Shown piece by piece: positions 45,825 to 55,976 of a stretch of 64,000 nt of DNA. The notes under the pieces were generated by a model. The model was not told the DNA's origin, searched no databases, and saw nothing but the letters and a program-made list of their open reading frames with translations. How positions within the stretch are numbered: position 1 is the stretch's first letter; every line of letters begins with the position of its first letter. The position numbers and the translations under genes are program-made. Source of the DNA: a virus (lineage: Duplodnaviria > Heunggongvirae > Uroviricota > Caudoviricetes); IMG/VR virus record IMGVR_UViG_3300029288_000054, positions 262,607-326,606 of that record; one strand, 5' to 3'.

Positions 45825-46601
45825 ATGGCGACTGCAGATAATAATAGTTGTATAGTGTGTGGGTCCGATAAGGACCTCGATACGGAATTGGTCATAACTG
45901 TCGATGACCAAAAAGTCACTGTTAAGGTTTGTGCCGAACACGCAGATGATATAACTCCGAAAGCAGCTAAGGCCGCATATTTGAAATGGAAGTCAACTCG
46001 CGATACTCAGATGCAAGAGTTTTTGGCACAGGCAGCTAAACTCGGCATGACTGTGGTTCCGCAGGGCTCGTTAATCATAGCCAAGACCGAAACACCAGCA
46101 GCAAAACCGGCACCGAAACAGACCATAGCTGAGTCTCAAGTCTCAGCCGAATTGCAAGGCTCAAGAGAGGATGGTATACTACCATCATCTGTTGTCGATA
46201 ATGTCATGCAACACCGTGTTTCTGGTATGTCCGGGTCTATTGGCGGTAAAAATGTTGAAAGGCATGATGCATATGATCCGAACCAGCTTAGTGATCAACT
46301 ACCAGAAGGTGCCAGGGATGGTCTCGTGAAGATGGAATTAGCTGAAGGTAGGCATGGTACGCCTTTAGCAATTCCAGCGATAAGACAGGATGGGCTAGGA
46401 ACGACGCGAGTTAGAATTGCTAAGACGATGACTGACGCAGATCTGCAACGTAGATTCAAACAGCAGGCGTCTGCGGATCACTCCTTCGTGGAGGGTTATG
46501 ACCTACATCGTTGCCCATTATGTAAGGGCGATGGTCAGATAGCAAAGAGCCAAACGGAAGTAATCCCGTGCCCGAAATGCAACGGCTCTGGGCTTCTCTA
46601 G
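45825..46601 (+). CDS. Hypothetical protein with N- and C-terminal Zn fingers
   Basis: CIVC...CAEH at the N-terminus; DnaJ-like CPLCKGDG / CPKCNGSG at the C-terminus. Confidence 0.7.
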   Translation: MATADNNSCIVCGSDKDLDTELVITVDDQKVTVKVCAEHADDITPKAAKAAYLKWKSTRDTQMQEFLAQAAKLGMTVVPQGSLIIAKTETPAAKPAPKQTIAESQVSAELQGSREDGILPSSVVDNVMQHRVSGMSGSIGGKNVERHDAYDPNQLSDQLPEGARDGLVKMELAEGRHGTPLAIPAIRQDGLGTTRVRIAKTMTDADLQRRFKQQASADHSFVEGYDLHRCPLCKGDGQIAKSQTEVIPCPKCNGSGLL

Positions 46602-46846
46602 ATGCCGGGAGGCGTGAGGCTGAATTGCCGCGTCGAGACACCCAAGAATTTGCGGTGTCTTGGCTTTCGTGGAACGCCTGTTGGTTGAGATGTAAAACCA
46701 GCAACTCTTGAGCCAAAGTCTTCTCCATTCTCTGGCTTGACGTCTTTGGAACTTAGACCTAATAGAGATTTGCGGCCATAAGAAGCACCAGAGGCGTGCT
46801 GTAGAGCCCTCATGAAATCGCCTTCATTGAGTAGTTCTAATTTCAT
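46598..46846 (-). CDS. Hypothetical protein
   Basis: MKLELLNE start typical of large-phage proteins; coupled to the upstream gene. Confidence 0.55.
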   Translation of the reverse strand: MKLELLNEGDFMRALQHASGASYGRKSLLGLSSKDVKPENGEDFGSRVAGFTSQPTGVPRKPRHRKFLGVSTRQFSLTPPGI

Positions 46847-47286
46847 TCTGCACTACCCGGCGATTGTCCTGGTTTACTGACAGAAATTATACCTTCCATG
46901 TCTGGATGATATCCGGCGTCTTGTTCGCGCCACCCATCACCTTCGCTAACCTCTTCCTTGATGGTATTGAGGATACCGATAGCTTTTTCTTGTTCGACGC
47001 CGCAAATGCCTTGAGATTGCATCTCTTGCATCATGGCTTTCTCGAACAATGGGTCGGTGATATATTTGTAATTATGAACTTTACGGAAGGCTCTACAGAC
47101 ACCTTCGTGGCAGACTAAATCTACCGATTTTAGCTCGAACAGGTCATTGACCTGTTCGTGCAAATATTGCAACGACTTGGCATCGGCGTCAGCCAGATCT
47201 TTTGGCGGGTCTGGTATGCCTAGCTGCACCTTGTGCTGTAGATATGTCTGGATGGCTTCGGTTAGCAGTCTTTCGTTGCTGTTCAT
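46843..47286 (-). CDS. Hypothetical protein
   Basis: 147-aa ORF. Confidence 0.6.
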   Translation of the reverse strand: MNSNERLLTEAIQTYLQHKVQLGIPDPPKDLADADAKSLQYLHEQVNDLFELKSVDLVCHEGVCRAFRKVHNYKYITDPLFEKAMMQEMQSQGICGVEQEKAIGILNTIKEEVSEGDGWREQDAGYHPDMEGIISVSKPGQSPGSAE

Positions 47287-47323
47287 AAAACGTCTCCTGT
47301 ATAAATCTTTGCTTGGACGACAG

Positions 47324-47641
47324 ATGGATAGTTCCCATTACTTACCAGAGGAACCCAAGCCAATAATTCAACAACTTGATCAAGTTGAATTATTGACTAT
47401 TAAGCGAGTTAAGTACTTATCTACTAGGCCAGGATATTCTCCTAGCCCGCATGGTAGGTGGAGTGTTGTAGGAATTATTGACGGTGATGCTCTATTAGCC
47501 AAAGATGATACTCTCATACGTATTCCATTAGGTGACATCCGGAAGGCTTGCACACACGACCGCCAACAAGTTATCGATTGCTTGGCGGACATCTGTTACA
47601 AAGGCAGAAAAAACGATGGCAAAGAAGAAACCGTCAGTTAA
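47324..47641 (+). CDS. Hypothetical protein
   Basis: ATG at 47324; overlaps the recA start. Confidence 0.55.
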   Translation: MDSSHYLPEEPKPIIQQLDQVELLTIKRVKYLSTRPGYSPSPHGRWSVVGIIDGDALLAKDDTLIRIPLGDIRKACTHDRQQVIDCLADICYKGRKNDGKEETVS

Positions 47642-48749
47642 GTCGGAAGCCCAACTTGAAGCAGAACAATCGGGACAGCTAATCGACTTCGATGATATGA
47701 TCGCCGATCTTGAAAAGAAGTTCGGCGATTCAATACAATGGGGTGGTGCGGCATCTATCAAACCAACCAAGTCGACATCTACTGGTCTAGCTAATCTCGA
47801 TATTGCTCTTGGCTGTCGTGGCGTTCCTGACGGTAGGATTATAGAAATATACGGCACAGAATCGAGTGGCAAGACAACATTAGCCTTGCAGATTGTGGCG
47901 AGCTTTCAGCAGCAAGGTAAGCTTACGGCATATGTCGATGCTGAGCATGCGCTTGATTATGATTGGGCCACACATATCGGTGTCGATGTGAAGAAATGGT
48001 TGTTATCTCAGCCAGATAGTGGCGAGCAGGCACTCGATATCGTCCAAGCATTGGCTACTTCTGGCATTGTTAAATTGGTTGTCGTCGATTCCGTAGCAGC
48101 ACTCGTGCCGCAAGAGGAATTGGATGGCGACATCAGAGACAAGCAGATCGGTGCACAAGCTAGGCTCATGTCTAAGGGTATGCGCAAATTGGCTGGTATA
48201 TGCCTGAAGAGCGGCACAACTGTAATCTTTATCAATCAGCTACGTGATAAAATTGGGCAAGTTGGGCCAAGCTATATGCACCCAGAGATTACGCCAGGTG
48301 GCAGAGCATTGAAATTCTATTCATCAATGCGTTTAGAGGTTCGCAGAGCTGAGACATTGCGTACTGCGAATCTTCCATATGGTATGACTACCAAGGTTAA
48401 AGTCGCCAAAAACAAAGTAGCACCACCATTCAGATCCGCTTCGCTTGAAATTCATTTCGGTGCGAAAAGCGGTATTTATGGTTTTAATAAAGCGCATGCA
48501 CTTATTAGTGGCGCTGTCGAAACATCAGTTATCACTCTCAGAGGTTCAAATTACTATTTTGGTGATCGTAAGATTGCTATTGGTAAGGATAAGCTCGCTG
48601 AAGTATTAGGGTCCGATCAAGAGTTGTTCAAAGCCATTTACGATGAGACGTATCGCCTCATGGAAGCTGGCCAGATTACTGGTCCTATCGAAGATGATGA
48701 CACCAAAGATACGGAGGCGGAAGAATCGAATTTTGACGAGGAAGAATAA
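47616..48749 (+). CDS. recA: RecA recombinase
   Basis: GRIIEIYGTESSGKTT, DAEHALD, VVDSVAAL, IFINQLR, GGRALKFY and KNKVAPPF. Confidence 0.95.
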   Translation: MAKKKPSVKSEAQLEAEQSGQLIDFDDMIADLEKKFGDSIQWGGAASIKPTKSTSTGLANLDIALGCRGVPDGRIIEIYGTESSGKTTLALQIVASFQQQGKLTAYVDAEHALDYDWATHIGVDVKKWLLSQPDSGEQALDIVQALATSGIVKLVVVDSVAALVPQEELDGDIRDKQIGAQARLMSKGMRKLAGICLKSGTTVIFINQLRDKIGQVGPSYMHPEITPGGRALKFYSSMRLEVRRAETLRTANLPYGMTTKVKVAKNKVAPPFRSASLEIHFGAKSGIYGFNKAHALISGAVETSVITLRGSNYYFGDRKIAIGKDKLAEVLGSDQELFKAIYDETYRLMEAGQITGPIEDDDTKDTEAEESNFDEEE

Positions 48750-49066
48750 TGGCAAGAGCACCGACATATAACATTGGGCAGACAATATATCTAGCAGAAT
48801 CAGCTGCTCTTGGTTTTCTAGAAGCTTATATTATCAAAGAGATTGCATATCAGCCCAGTGGTAAGATTATTTATACACTGGCTACGTCGCTGAAGCAACC
48901 ATCAGCAATTCAAACTATTGGCGACAGAGTAACTGGTCAGCGTGCCTTGCCAATTAAGTTTTATGAAGAAGACCTGATCGGATACGAGCAGGCACTTGAT
49001 GTCTGTATTGCAAACTTGCAAAATCAACTAGCCGCTTTGCAACGTTTGCGACAAGGACTGACCTAA
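48749..49066 (+). CDS. Hypothetical protein
   Basis: TAATG coupling on both sides. Confidence 0.65.
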   Translation: MARAPTYNIGQTIYLAESAALGFLEAYIIKEIAYQPSGKIIYTLATSLKQPSAIQTIGDRVTGQRALPIKFYEEDLIGYEQALDVCIANLQNQLAALQRLRQGLT

Positions 49067-50454
49067 TGATTGAGGCTCTTCAATCAGAGCAAGACTCTGG
49101 CACTGTCGATACGCCATTTGGCCCGAATATGGAATCGGGCATCGTATCACTCTTCTTAGACTTCCCAGAGTTATTTGTGCCGACATCCAAATTCATTACG
49201 ATGGATTTGTTTACACGGCCAGAAGTGAAATATGTTGTTGGGTTCTTGAAGCAAGATTTCGAAAAGTTTGGGCTGCTACCGACGCGAGCACTATTGCATG
49301 ATAGAATCGCCAAACTGCTCACCGCTGATGACCCACACCAAGAGATATTAGGTGTTGTCGATAGAACATCAGATCCGCGAGAAACGCCGTTTCTGCGACA
49401 ATCGCTGCGTGATTGGTTAGAGCACAAATCATATGAGCAGCTTTATTCCGATGAAGCAATAGCTGCACATCAACGCGGAGATCATGAGTTTCTGCGAAAA
49501 ATAGTCGATTCAGCATCTAGCATCAGTATGGTCGGCGACCAAGGATTTTGGTTCTTCGATCAAGTTGATGAGATATTTGTCGATACAGCGATAGAACACA
49601 TCAGCACGGGATTTCCAGGATTAGATGCTAACTTAAATGAGGGTGGCCCGTCTCCCGGAGAAGTGCTTATCATATTAGCCCCGACCGGCGTTGGCAAGAC
49701 GTTGACTTTAATCAACATGGCACATGCTGCAATGCTTGCTGGTCATAATGTCTTATTTGTGACTTTCGAGCTATCGACATACAAAACAGCCATACGACTT
49801 GCAAGCTGCATGGCTAAGACAGAAATTAGTGCTTTTACTCGTGCTAATATTGACACTTTACCACAAGAGCAGCAGCAGAGCATACGAGACAATCAAACGC
49901 TTGTACGCAATAGGATTCAAGGTAAGAGAGGGAAATTTGGTGAGTTGGTCATATATGAGCGGCCACCAGATGAGTGTAGCGTAAATGACATCTATGGCAT
50001 CATCGAAACTAATCGCAAGACTAAGGGATGGGCACCAAAAGTTGTAATACTTGATTATCTTGAATTGATGAATAGCCGCCACAGTCATAATAATGACGAA
50101 GGCGACTACACAAGACAAAAGAGCGTAGCGACAGAGATGCGTGGTCTAGCTAAGAATGAAAAAGTTTTAGTCTATTCCGCTACGCAGACCAATCGCAGCG
50201 GCGTCAAGAACGGCCAAGGCAAGGACGCTAAACCCGCTGAAACAGTACACATTGATCTGGATAAAGCTGCCGAGAGCTTCGGCAAGGCGATGCCAGTCGA
50301 CTATGTTGTTAGCTTGAATCAGACTGAGGACGAATACAAGATGGAACCAGCAATAGTTAGGCTATGGATAGCTAAGAATCGCAATGGTCCGAAGTTTGTT
50401 CCTGTCACTACTAACGTATTTTATAAGAGAATGGAAATCATAGAAGTCCACTAA
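49066..50454 (+). CDS. DnaB/gp41-like replicative helicase (SF4)
   Basis: APTGVGKT, FVTFELS, ILDYLELM, ATQTNR, AESFG and AKNRNG. Confidence 0.9.
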   Translation: MIEALQSEQDSGTVDTPFGPNMESGIVSLFLDFPELFVPTSKFITMDLFTRPEVKYVVGFLKQDFEKFGLLPTRALLHDRIAKLLTADDPHQEILGVVDRTSDPRETPFLRQSLRDWLEHKSYEQLYSDEAIAAHQRGDHEFLRKIVDSASSISMVGDQGFWFFDQVDEIFVDTAIEHISTGFPGLDANLNEGGPSPGEVLIILAPTGVGKTLTLINMAHAAMLAGHNVLFVTFELSTYKTAIRLASCMAKTEISAFTRANIDTLPQEQQQSIRDNQTLVRNRIQGKRGKFGELVIYERPPDECSVNDIYGIIETNRKTKGWAPKVVILDYLELMNSRHSHNNDEGDYTRQKSVATEMRGLAKNEKVLVYSATQTNRSGVKNGQGKDAKPAETVHIDLDKAAESFGKAMPVDYVVSLNQTEDEYKMEPAIVRLWIAKNRNGPKFVPVTTNVFYKRMEIIEVH

Positions 50455-50468
50455 CCAAAGAAACAATC

Positions 50469-50870
50469 ATGTCAGAAGACGCTTTATTGGCCCGGTCGCT
50501 CACTTCCGTGGTCGAAATGATCCAGCCGAAAAAGGACAAGTATCAGATCACTCCAATTCTGGTCGGAAACGATTTCGTGGCGATTGCACCTATCGCGACC
50601 AAGAAGGAAAGCAGTATTATCGTGCCAGATGAAGAACCGACCATCGGAATCATCATCGGCATGGGTCCGCTTGTCCCAGCAGATATGCGCACTGCGTTTG
50701 TCGTCGGCAACGTTGTCAGATTCAATCCGAAGCAGTTTATCTGCAACTTGGACGGATTATATCCTGCCTACGGTAAGGCACGGATTGTACTGACCCGCTA
50801 TATCAACATTTTGGCGGCTGTGCCCGGTGAGTCTGTGTACGTGGTCGGGCTCGATAAGGCAAAAGAATAG
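50469..50870 (+). CDS. GroES-like co-chaperonin
   Basis: P..GNDFV.I, mobile-loop-like ESSIIVPD, GIIIGMGP and VGNVVRF. Confidence 0.6.
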   Translation: MSEDALLARSLTSVVEMIQPKKDKYQITPILVGNDFVAIAPIATKKESSIIVPDEEPTIGIIIGMGPLVPADMRTAFVVGNVVRFNPKQFICNLDGLYPAYGKARIVLTRYINILAAVPGESVYVVGLDKAKE

Positions 50871-50878
50871 AGGCGATA

Positions 50879-51289
50879 ATGCCGCGATATAACTACATAT
50901 GTAGTGATTGTGTTGCTGCTCGTGAGAAGGAAGTGGGTAGACCGCTCACCGATGATGAGCAGTCCGAGATCGTCTTCGAGGTATCACACAGCATCGTATT
51001 TCCGCCGAAGAAAGAATTGCAAAAGCTGACGAAATGCCCATTGTGCGAAAGCCACGATACACACATCACTCTACTAGGAACGGATCAGAGTATTCGAATT
51101 CGTGGTGGTGATTGGCGTGAGTTCAGAAAGAAGAATGCCCGTGCTCTGCAGCGTGATATGGCATTACATCAGTTGCAAAATAATGATCCATATGGATATA
51201 TGAGAACGCCGGACGATAAGGCTGAGCTTGTCGATAAACTTCGCACTGGCGGTAGAAGACAGACCGACAAGAAGCATTTCTTAACATAA
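50879..51289 (+). CDS. FmdB-family zinc-ribbon protein
   Basis: MPRYNYICSDC...CPLCES. Confidence 0.75.
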   Translation: MPRYNYICSDCVAAREKEVGRPLTDDEQSEIVFEVSHSIVFPPKKELQKLTKCPLCESHDTHITLLGTDQSIRIRGGDWREFRKKNARALQRDMALHQLQNNDPYGYMRTPDDKAELVDKLRTGGRRQTDKKHFLT

Positions 51290-51291
51290 CA

Positions 51292-52482
51292 ATGGCCCGA
51301 ACTGATGATACTATCAGCTATTTCTGTGCATTGTTTGACAGAAAGATGCTACCGTTAGCTGCTGGGATACAGACGCCCAACAATACCAGTATCATCCCTC
51401 TATACCATTCTGGTGTTGGCAGGTCTATCTACGATATCGAGAAGTCGATAAAGAAACTATATCGATGGATGGAGTTGTCGCTATTACAAGATAGGGTTCT
51501 AGTTGTCAACGACTTTAAATCGGTGCTGCGTGGGTTCAAATTCGAGCTACCAAGAGAGCAGTTGAATGTATATGATGCTTTCGTGCCGATGCCGAAGATA
51601 CAGGGCACATTTGAAGAGACATCATGTATTATCAACAATATTTTATCGGAGATGAAACACAGTCGCTTGCGGCTTTGGCAGAAAGTCGCTGGTAATGCTG
51701 CTATCGTTTATGAAAGCTTGGAGCGTCAAGGTATTCTGGTAGGCGGTATCCGTAAATTTCCGCAATGGACATATCGTACGGTAAGCGGCAGAAGTAAAAA
51801 CACTGGATTCAATTTACAAGGAACATCTGCTAATGATAGCATATCAGATCCATACGGTAGCGACTCCGATTATTTTGTGAATTTCGATTGGAGAGCGGCA
51901 GATATACGGATAGCTGCAATACTGAGCGGCGATACACATCTTGATGAAATGTCGGCTGGAGCAGACCCATACCAACAGCTATCAGAGATGCTGCAAATAC
52001 CACGCAAAGAATGTAAGATCATGCTGCTGCGTGCTATCAATTCTATCGACATAGATAACCCGCTATTTCAAATGTTTCCTAGTCTTCGCACATGGATGAT
52101 TACCCAGAAACAGAAACTAGATGATGGGCAACCTATCGCTAGTATCCTAGGCAGAGAGTTCTATAACGCTGAGAAACCACGTTCTGCTTTCAACGCAACT
52201 ATGCAGGGCTCAATAGCCCAAGCAATGCAAATCACAATTAGAAGAGTGTGGGAATCATATTATAGGCTCTTAGCTGAGACGCACGATTCTATAACCGTGG
52301 CATGTAGTAAGAATAATCTTAGGCCGACGATACGCGAGATATCTAACATAATGTGTAGGCCATTCTTCGGAGTGCTAGATAGCAATCCAGTATTCCCGGT
52401 CCGTGTGAATGTAGGGATGAAATGGTGTCAGTGGGAGCCTAAAATGTTATGCTTGGATGTAGATAAGTTTCGCCCCTGTTGA
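51292..52482 (+). CDS. Short family-A DNA polymerase (polymerase domain only, divergent)
   Basis: SGR...NLQ, motif A DWRAADIR, motif B RKECK, MQGSIA and motif C THDS. Confidence 0.8.
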   Translation: MARTDDTISYFCALFDRKMLPLAAGIQTPNNTSIIPLYHSGVGRSIYDIEKSIKKLYRWMELSLLQDRVLVVNDFKSVLRGFKFELPREQLNVYDAFVPMPKIQGTFEETSCIINNILSEMKHSRLRLWQKVAGNAAIVYESLERQGILVGGIRKFPQWTYRTVSGRSKNTGFNLQGTSANDSISDPYGSDSDYFVNFDWRAADIRIAAILSGDTHLDEMSAGADPYQQLSEMLQIPRKECKIMLLRAINSIDIDNPLFQMFPSLRTWMITQKQKLDDGQPIASILGREFYNAEKPRSAFNATMQGSIAQAMQITIRRVWESYYRLLAETHDSITVACSKNNLRPTIREISNIMCRPFFGVLDSNPVFPVRVNVGMKWCQWEPKMLCLDVDKFRPC

Positions 52483-52499
52483 TGTATTTGAGGCAGGTT

Positions 52500-53051
52500 A
52501 TGGACGAACTAGAACAAGACTTGCCGATAGATTCGGAATCCGATCAGTCGGATCAGCTACCAAAGTGGTTCCAAGAGCATGTACCACTGGATCTAGCCAC
52601 CAGCAATCTGTTCAAGTTCAAGGTTAAGCTGCAGAATGGCACAGTTTGTGAAGTAAATCTAGCACAAGATATCGATATCAACTTCGAGATACTCGAAGAC
52701 CAGCACGAGCGCATACCTGCCCAGTATATCTATTGGGCGGCTATTTATAGTGAATTGCGAAGTGCTGTAGCACAATTAGAACTCAAAATCAAATCACGCC
52801 GCCATGCACTGGTGCGTAGGATTTTAGAGGAATTCAAGGTTAAAGGGACTAAGCTGACCGACAAGCAATTGAATGCTTTGGTCGATGGTGAAACTGGCTT
52901 GATTAAAAGCGAGGCTGAGCTTACCATCATACAGAGAAATTGTGGGAAAGTATATCACATGGTGGAAGCCATTAGGCTACGGTCAGAGCACAGCAGGTCG
53001 CTGGCTGGTTTCAAACGACAAGAAAAAGAACAATCTGGTAGACAAACCTAG
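52500..53051 (+). CDS. Helical protein, possibly a UvsY-like recombination mediator
   Basis: IPAQYIYWAAIY followed by a long coiled coil; lies immediately upstream of the gp32-like SSB. Confidence 0.45.
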   Translation: MDELEQDLPIDSESDQSDQLPKWFQEHVPLDLATSNLFKFKVKLQNGTVCEVNLAQDIDINFEILEDQHERIPAQYIYWAAIYSELRSAVAQLELKIKSRRHALVRRILEEFKVKGTKLTDKQLNALVDGETGLIKSEAELTIIQRNCGKVYHMVEAIRLRSEHSRSLAGFKRQEKEQSGRQT

Positions 53052-53060
53052 GAGACTCAC

Positions 53061-54239
53061 ATGAGCAGTTACGATATTGAAGCAATCAGGGCTCAAGTTA
53101 GAGCCAAGATGAAGAAGAGCAGAGACCCAACCGAATTTCGTGCACCGAAAGTCGATGAGGGTAAGACAGTCAAGTACAAATTTTACATCTTACCGCCGCT
53201 GCAAGAAGGTGACGCCTGCTGCGAAGGCAAATCCACTTGCGAAAGATCGATGGACCTGTTTGCTATTTCGAACGGTGCCCATTACATCGACAACAAGCGA
53301 ATCGGTTGCCCACGGATCATCAATGAAGAAGACTGCCCGATCTGCGAATACGCATTTGATCTGCTTGCCGAGATCGATGGCACAACTGTCGAGGGCAAGA
53401 AGAGGCGCAGCGAAATTGGCAAGGCTCTGCTCCCAGGCCAATACCACCTTGTGAATCTCTACTTTCCGAAGACTGACATCAATCCGGAAGAGGTCAGAGA
53501 CAAGGTTTTCTGGTTCAATGCCCCGAAGACTATCGTCGACATTTGGTTGGAATGCCTCTATCGCGATGACGATGGCGGCGATCCGGACGACAAGTTAGCA
53601 TTCGGCGTCTTCTTCGACGAGTGCAACGCCAACTTGTTCCAGCTGGAAGTCGTCAAAGACGGCCAGATGAACAGCTACAAGAAGTCGAAGTTTGTCGGTG
53701 TAAAGCGACCGATCATCGTCGACAAAACCGGCAAGAAGATCGATTCGCGGATTGCTGAGATTCTCGCCAAGCGGCACAACCTCTGGGAGAAGATGCCGGA
53801 AGTAAATCCGGAAGAGTGTGCTCGTGTTGCCGCTGCTCTCAGTGGTCGTGCCGCTGCAAAGGCTGCGCCTTCTGGTGGATTCGACCACGACGAAGACGCC
53901 ACTGCGTCGGAAGAAGCACAAGAATCGGCCCCAATTGCGAAGCCTGCTGCCACCAAGCCTGCCGCCAAACCAGCCGCTGCCGCCAAACCAGCCGCTGCCG
54001 CCAAACCAGCCACCAAACCGGCTCCGAAGGAAGAAGTGGCTGAAGAAGCAGTCGAAGAAGCAGTCGAGGAAGCAGTCGAGGAAGCGGTTGAAGAGCAGGT
54101 CGAGGAGTTGTCTGGCGAAGTGCCAGTCGAGGAAGAAGCTGCAGTCGAGGAAGAAGCAGTCGAAGAAGTTGCTGAAGAAGCAGTTAGTGACGACGTTGAT
54201 GGTGAAGTTGACCGCCTGCTCGATGAATTGAACAGCTAG
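53061..54239 (+). CDS. gp32-like single-stranded DNA-binding protein with a long low-complexity tail
   Basis: FYILPP, HY...CP...CPICE, KVFWF and Y.KSKF. Ala/Lys/Pro tract, then EEAV acidic repeats, ending LLDELNS. Confidence 0.8.
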   Translation: MSSYDIEAIRAQVRAKMKKSRDPTEFRAPKVDEGKTVKYKFYILPPLQEGDACCEGKSTCERSMDLFAISNGAHYIDNKRIGCPRIINEEDCPICEYAFDLLAEIDGTTVEGKKRRSEIGKALLPGQYHLVNLYFPKTDINPEEVRDKVFWFNAPKTIVDIWLECLYRDDDGGDPDDKLAFGVFFDECNANLFQLEVVKDGQMNSYKKSKFVGVKRPIIVDKTGKKIDSRIAEILAKRHNLWEKMPEVNPEECARVAAALSGRAAAKAAPSGGFDHDEDATASEEAQESAPIAKPAATKPAAKPAAAAKPAAAAKPATKPAPKEEVAEEAVEEAVEEAVEEAVEEQVEELSGEVPVEEEAAVEEEAVEEVAEEAVSDDVDGEVDRLLDELNS

Positions 54240-54259
54240 GCCGACTAGGGCGGAACGTG

Positions 54260-54292
54260 CACAGGGCGGGTGATTCACCCGCCCTGTGTCTT
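54260..54292 (+). terminator. 13-bp GC-rich hairpin after the SSB gene
   Basis: CACAGGGCGGGTG-ATT-CACCCGCCCTGTG followed by TCTT. Confidence 0.6.
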
Positions 54293-54309
54293 ATCACGAC
54301 ACGAGGACT

Positions 54310-55221
54310 ATGATGGATGAGACTAGCGAACCAACTCAGAAATGCACATTATTGGTCGATGCTAGGAATCTGATGTATCGTGCTATTTTCGCTGGCAGAA
54401 AACCGCAAGCCAAGTTTCAACATCAGCACCCATTCACAATAATGTTACGTTTCATGGTCGGTTGGATCGACCGCTTCAAGCCGCAGAGCGTGAATATCTT
54501 CTGGGACGCCAAAAGATCAACGCTGTGGCGGATGAAGATTTTTGAGGGTTATAAGGATAAGCCTGATAAGTATACTATCGATATCAAGGATGAATTAATT
54601 AGTACACAACTCGCTGCGAAAGCTATGTTCGGCCATATGGGATGCAGGCAATTCAATAAGGCCAACATGGAAGCTGACGATTTGATTTATGCCGCTTGCA
54701 AGGTTTTAGCGCCAGCCCCAGTGATCATCTGTTCTGCGGATAGTGACTACAACCAGATAGTATTTCGTATGTCGCATGTTCGCTGTTTTGATCCGATGAA
54801 GGAATGCTTCATCCAACAAGTCAACTATGATCCAGTTATCCAGAAGGCGCTTTGTGGCGATGCGTCTGATAGGATTAATGGATATGTAGGAATAGGTCCA
54901 GTCAAGAGTACGGCAATGGCTAAGTCGAACAAAGACAGAGCTGCATTCTTGGCACAAGCAGGAATACAATTATTTGTTAGGAACATGCTGCTTATAGATC
55001 TATCACTGTGCCCCGATCTATTGAAGAACCAATTATACGTTCAACGTGTTCTCGACACAGAACCCGCTTTTAGTAAGAGTGAATTATTCGATCTGGCTCG
55101 TAAATACAAAGTCAGCGGCTTTGTCACTGAGTATAATGGACTGGCTGCTAGATTCAAGCAGTTTGTTACTCAGCCAGAGGTAAGTAATGGCCAGAACAGC
55201 AAGTCAAGTGGGAAAGTCTAA
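54310..55221 (+). CDS. 5'-3' exonuclease / flap endonuclease (T4 RNase H-like)
   Basis: LLVDARN, WD, YK, EADD, SADSD and GDASDRINGYVGIGP (H3TH). Confidence 0.9.
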   Translation: MMDETSEPTQKCTLLVDARNLMYRAIFAGRKPQAKFQHQHPFTIMLRFMVGWIDRFKPQSVNIFWDAKRSTLWRMKIFEGYKDKPDKYTIDIKDELISTQLAAKAMFGHMGCRQFNKANMEADDLIYAACKVLAPAPVIICSADSDYNQIVFRMSHVRCFDPMKECFIQQVNYDPVIQKALCGDASDRINGYVGIGPVKSTAMAKSNKDRAAFLAQAGIQLFVRNMLLIDLSLCPDLLKNQLYVQRVLDTEPAFSKSELFDLARKYKVSGFVTEYNGLAARFKQFVTQPEVSNGQNSKSSGKV

Positions 55222-55888
55222 CGTCTCTACAGCTAAAAATCACGAGCGTAGAGTAGCTAAGTTATTATCTGAATGGTCTGGAAGAGAATTTCGAAGGCGT
55301 AGGGTTGAAGGCAGAGAATCTGATACAGTATTGCGTGACCTGACCGGCGATGTGGTTCCGGCTGATGCAAAGAATAGATGCCGATTCAACCTTGAAGCTA
55401 AGAAAGGCAAGGGATTTAGCTTCAATTCTATCTTGAGTGGTTTCACCACTTGTAAATTCTCTGAGTGGTACCACCAATCAACCTTTGATGCCCTTCTGGT
55501 ATCTAAGGCTCTCCAGATGCCGATAATGCCGATGGTATTCTTCAAGCCGCATCCCAACTTCGACTGGGTTGCTTTCAGCGTCGGGGCCTTAGACTTCTTA
55601 AGGCCGAAAGATTCGAATGAAAAACAAGAGCGTTTATGGTTTCCACATTTGCTCTTCGACCATTATGGATATTGTGAAGAGATCTCATTCAACATTAGCC
55701 ACACCAAAAATAGGAAGAATGTGGTGATTGTTCCATTGCAATTGTCGCCGTGTTTGATTTGCACATGGAATGATTTTGCCGCAAACGTCAATCCCGACTC
55801 ATTCTTCTTTGGTGAATCATGGCATGCGGTGGATGTGGCAACCGAAAGCCGGTTAGAGTTGCAAGGGCAAGCAAGCCTGCAATCATAA
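55187..55888 (+). CDS. PD-(D/E)XK nuclease, Holliday-junction-resolvase-like
   Basis: K...ERRVAK.L, GDVV and LEAKK. Confidence 0.7.
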   Translation: MARTASQVGKSNVSTAKNHERRVAKLLSEWSGREFRRRRVEGRESDTVLRDLTGDVVPADAKNRCRFNLEAKKGKGFSFNSILSGFTTCKFSEWYHQSTFDALLVSKALQMPIMPMVFFKPHPNFDWVAFSVGALDFLRPKDSNEKQERLWFPHLLFDHYGYCEEISFNISHTKNRKNVVIVPLQLSPCLICTWNDFAANVNPDSFFFGESWHAVDVATESRLELQGQASLQS

Positions 55889-55976
55889 AACTACCAACTG
55901 ACACCCCGAGGTCAACGCCACAAATACATCAACAAGCACACGTTCAACGCATCGGCGTAAGAAAGGCAAGGCAATA

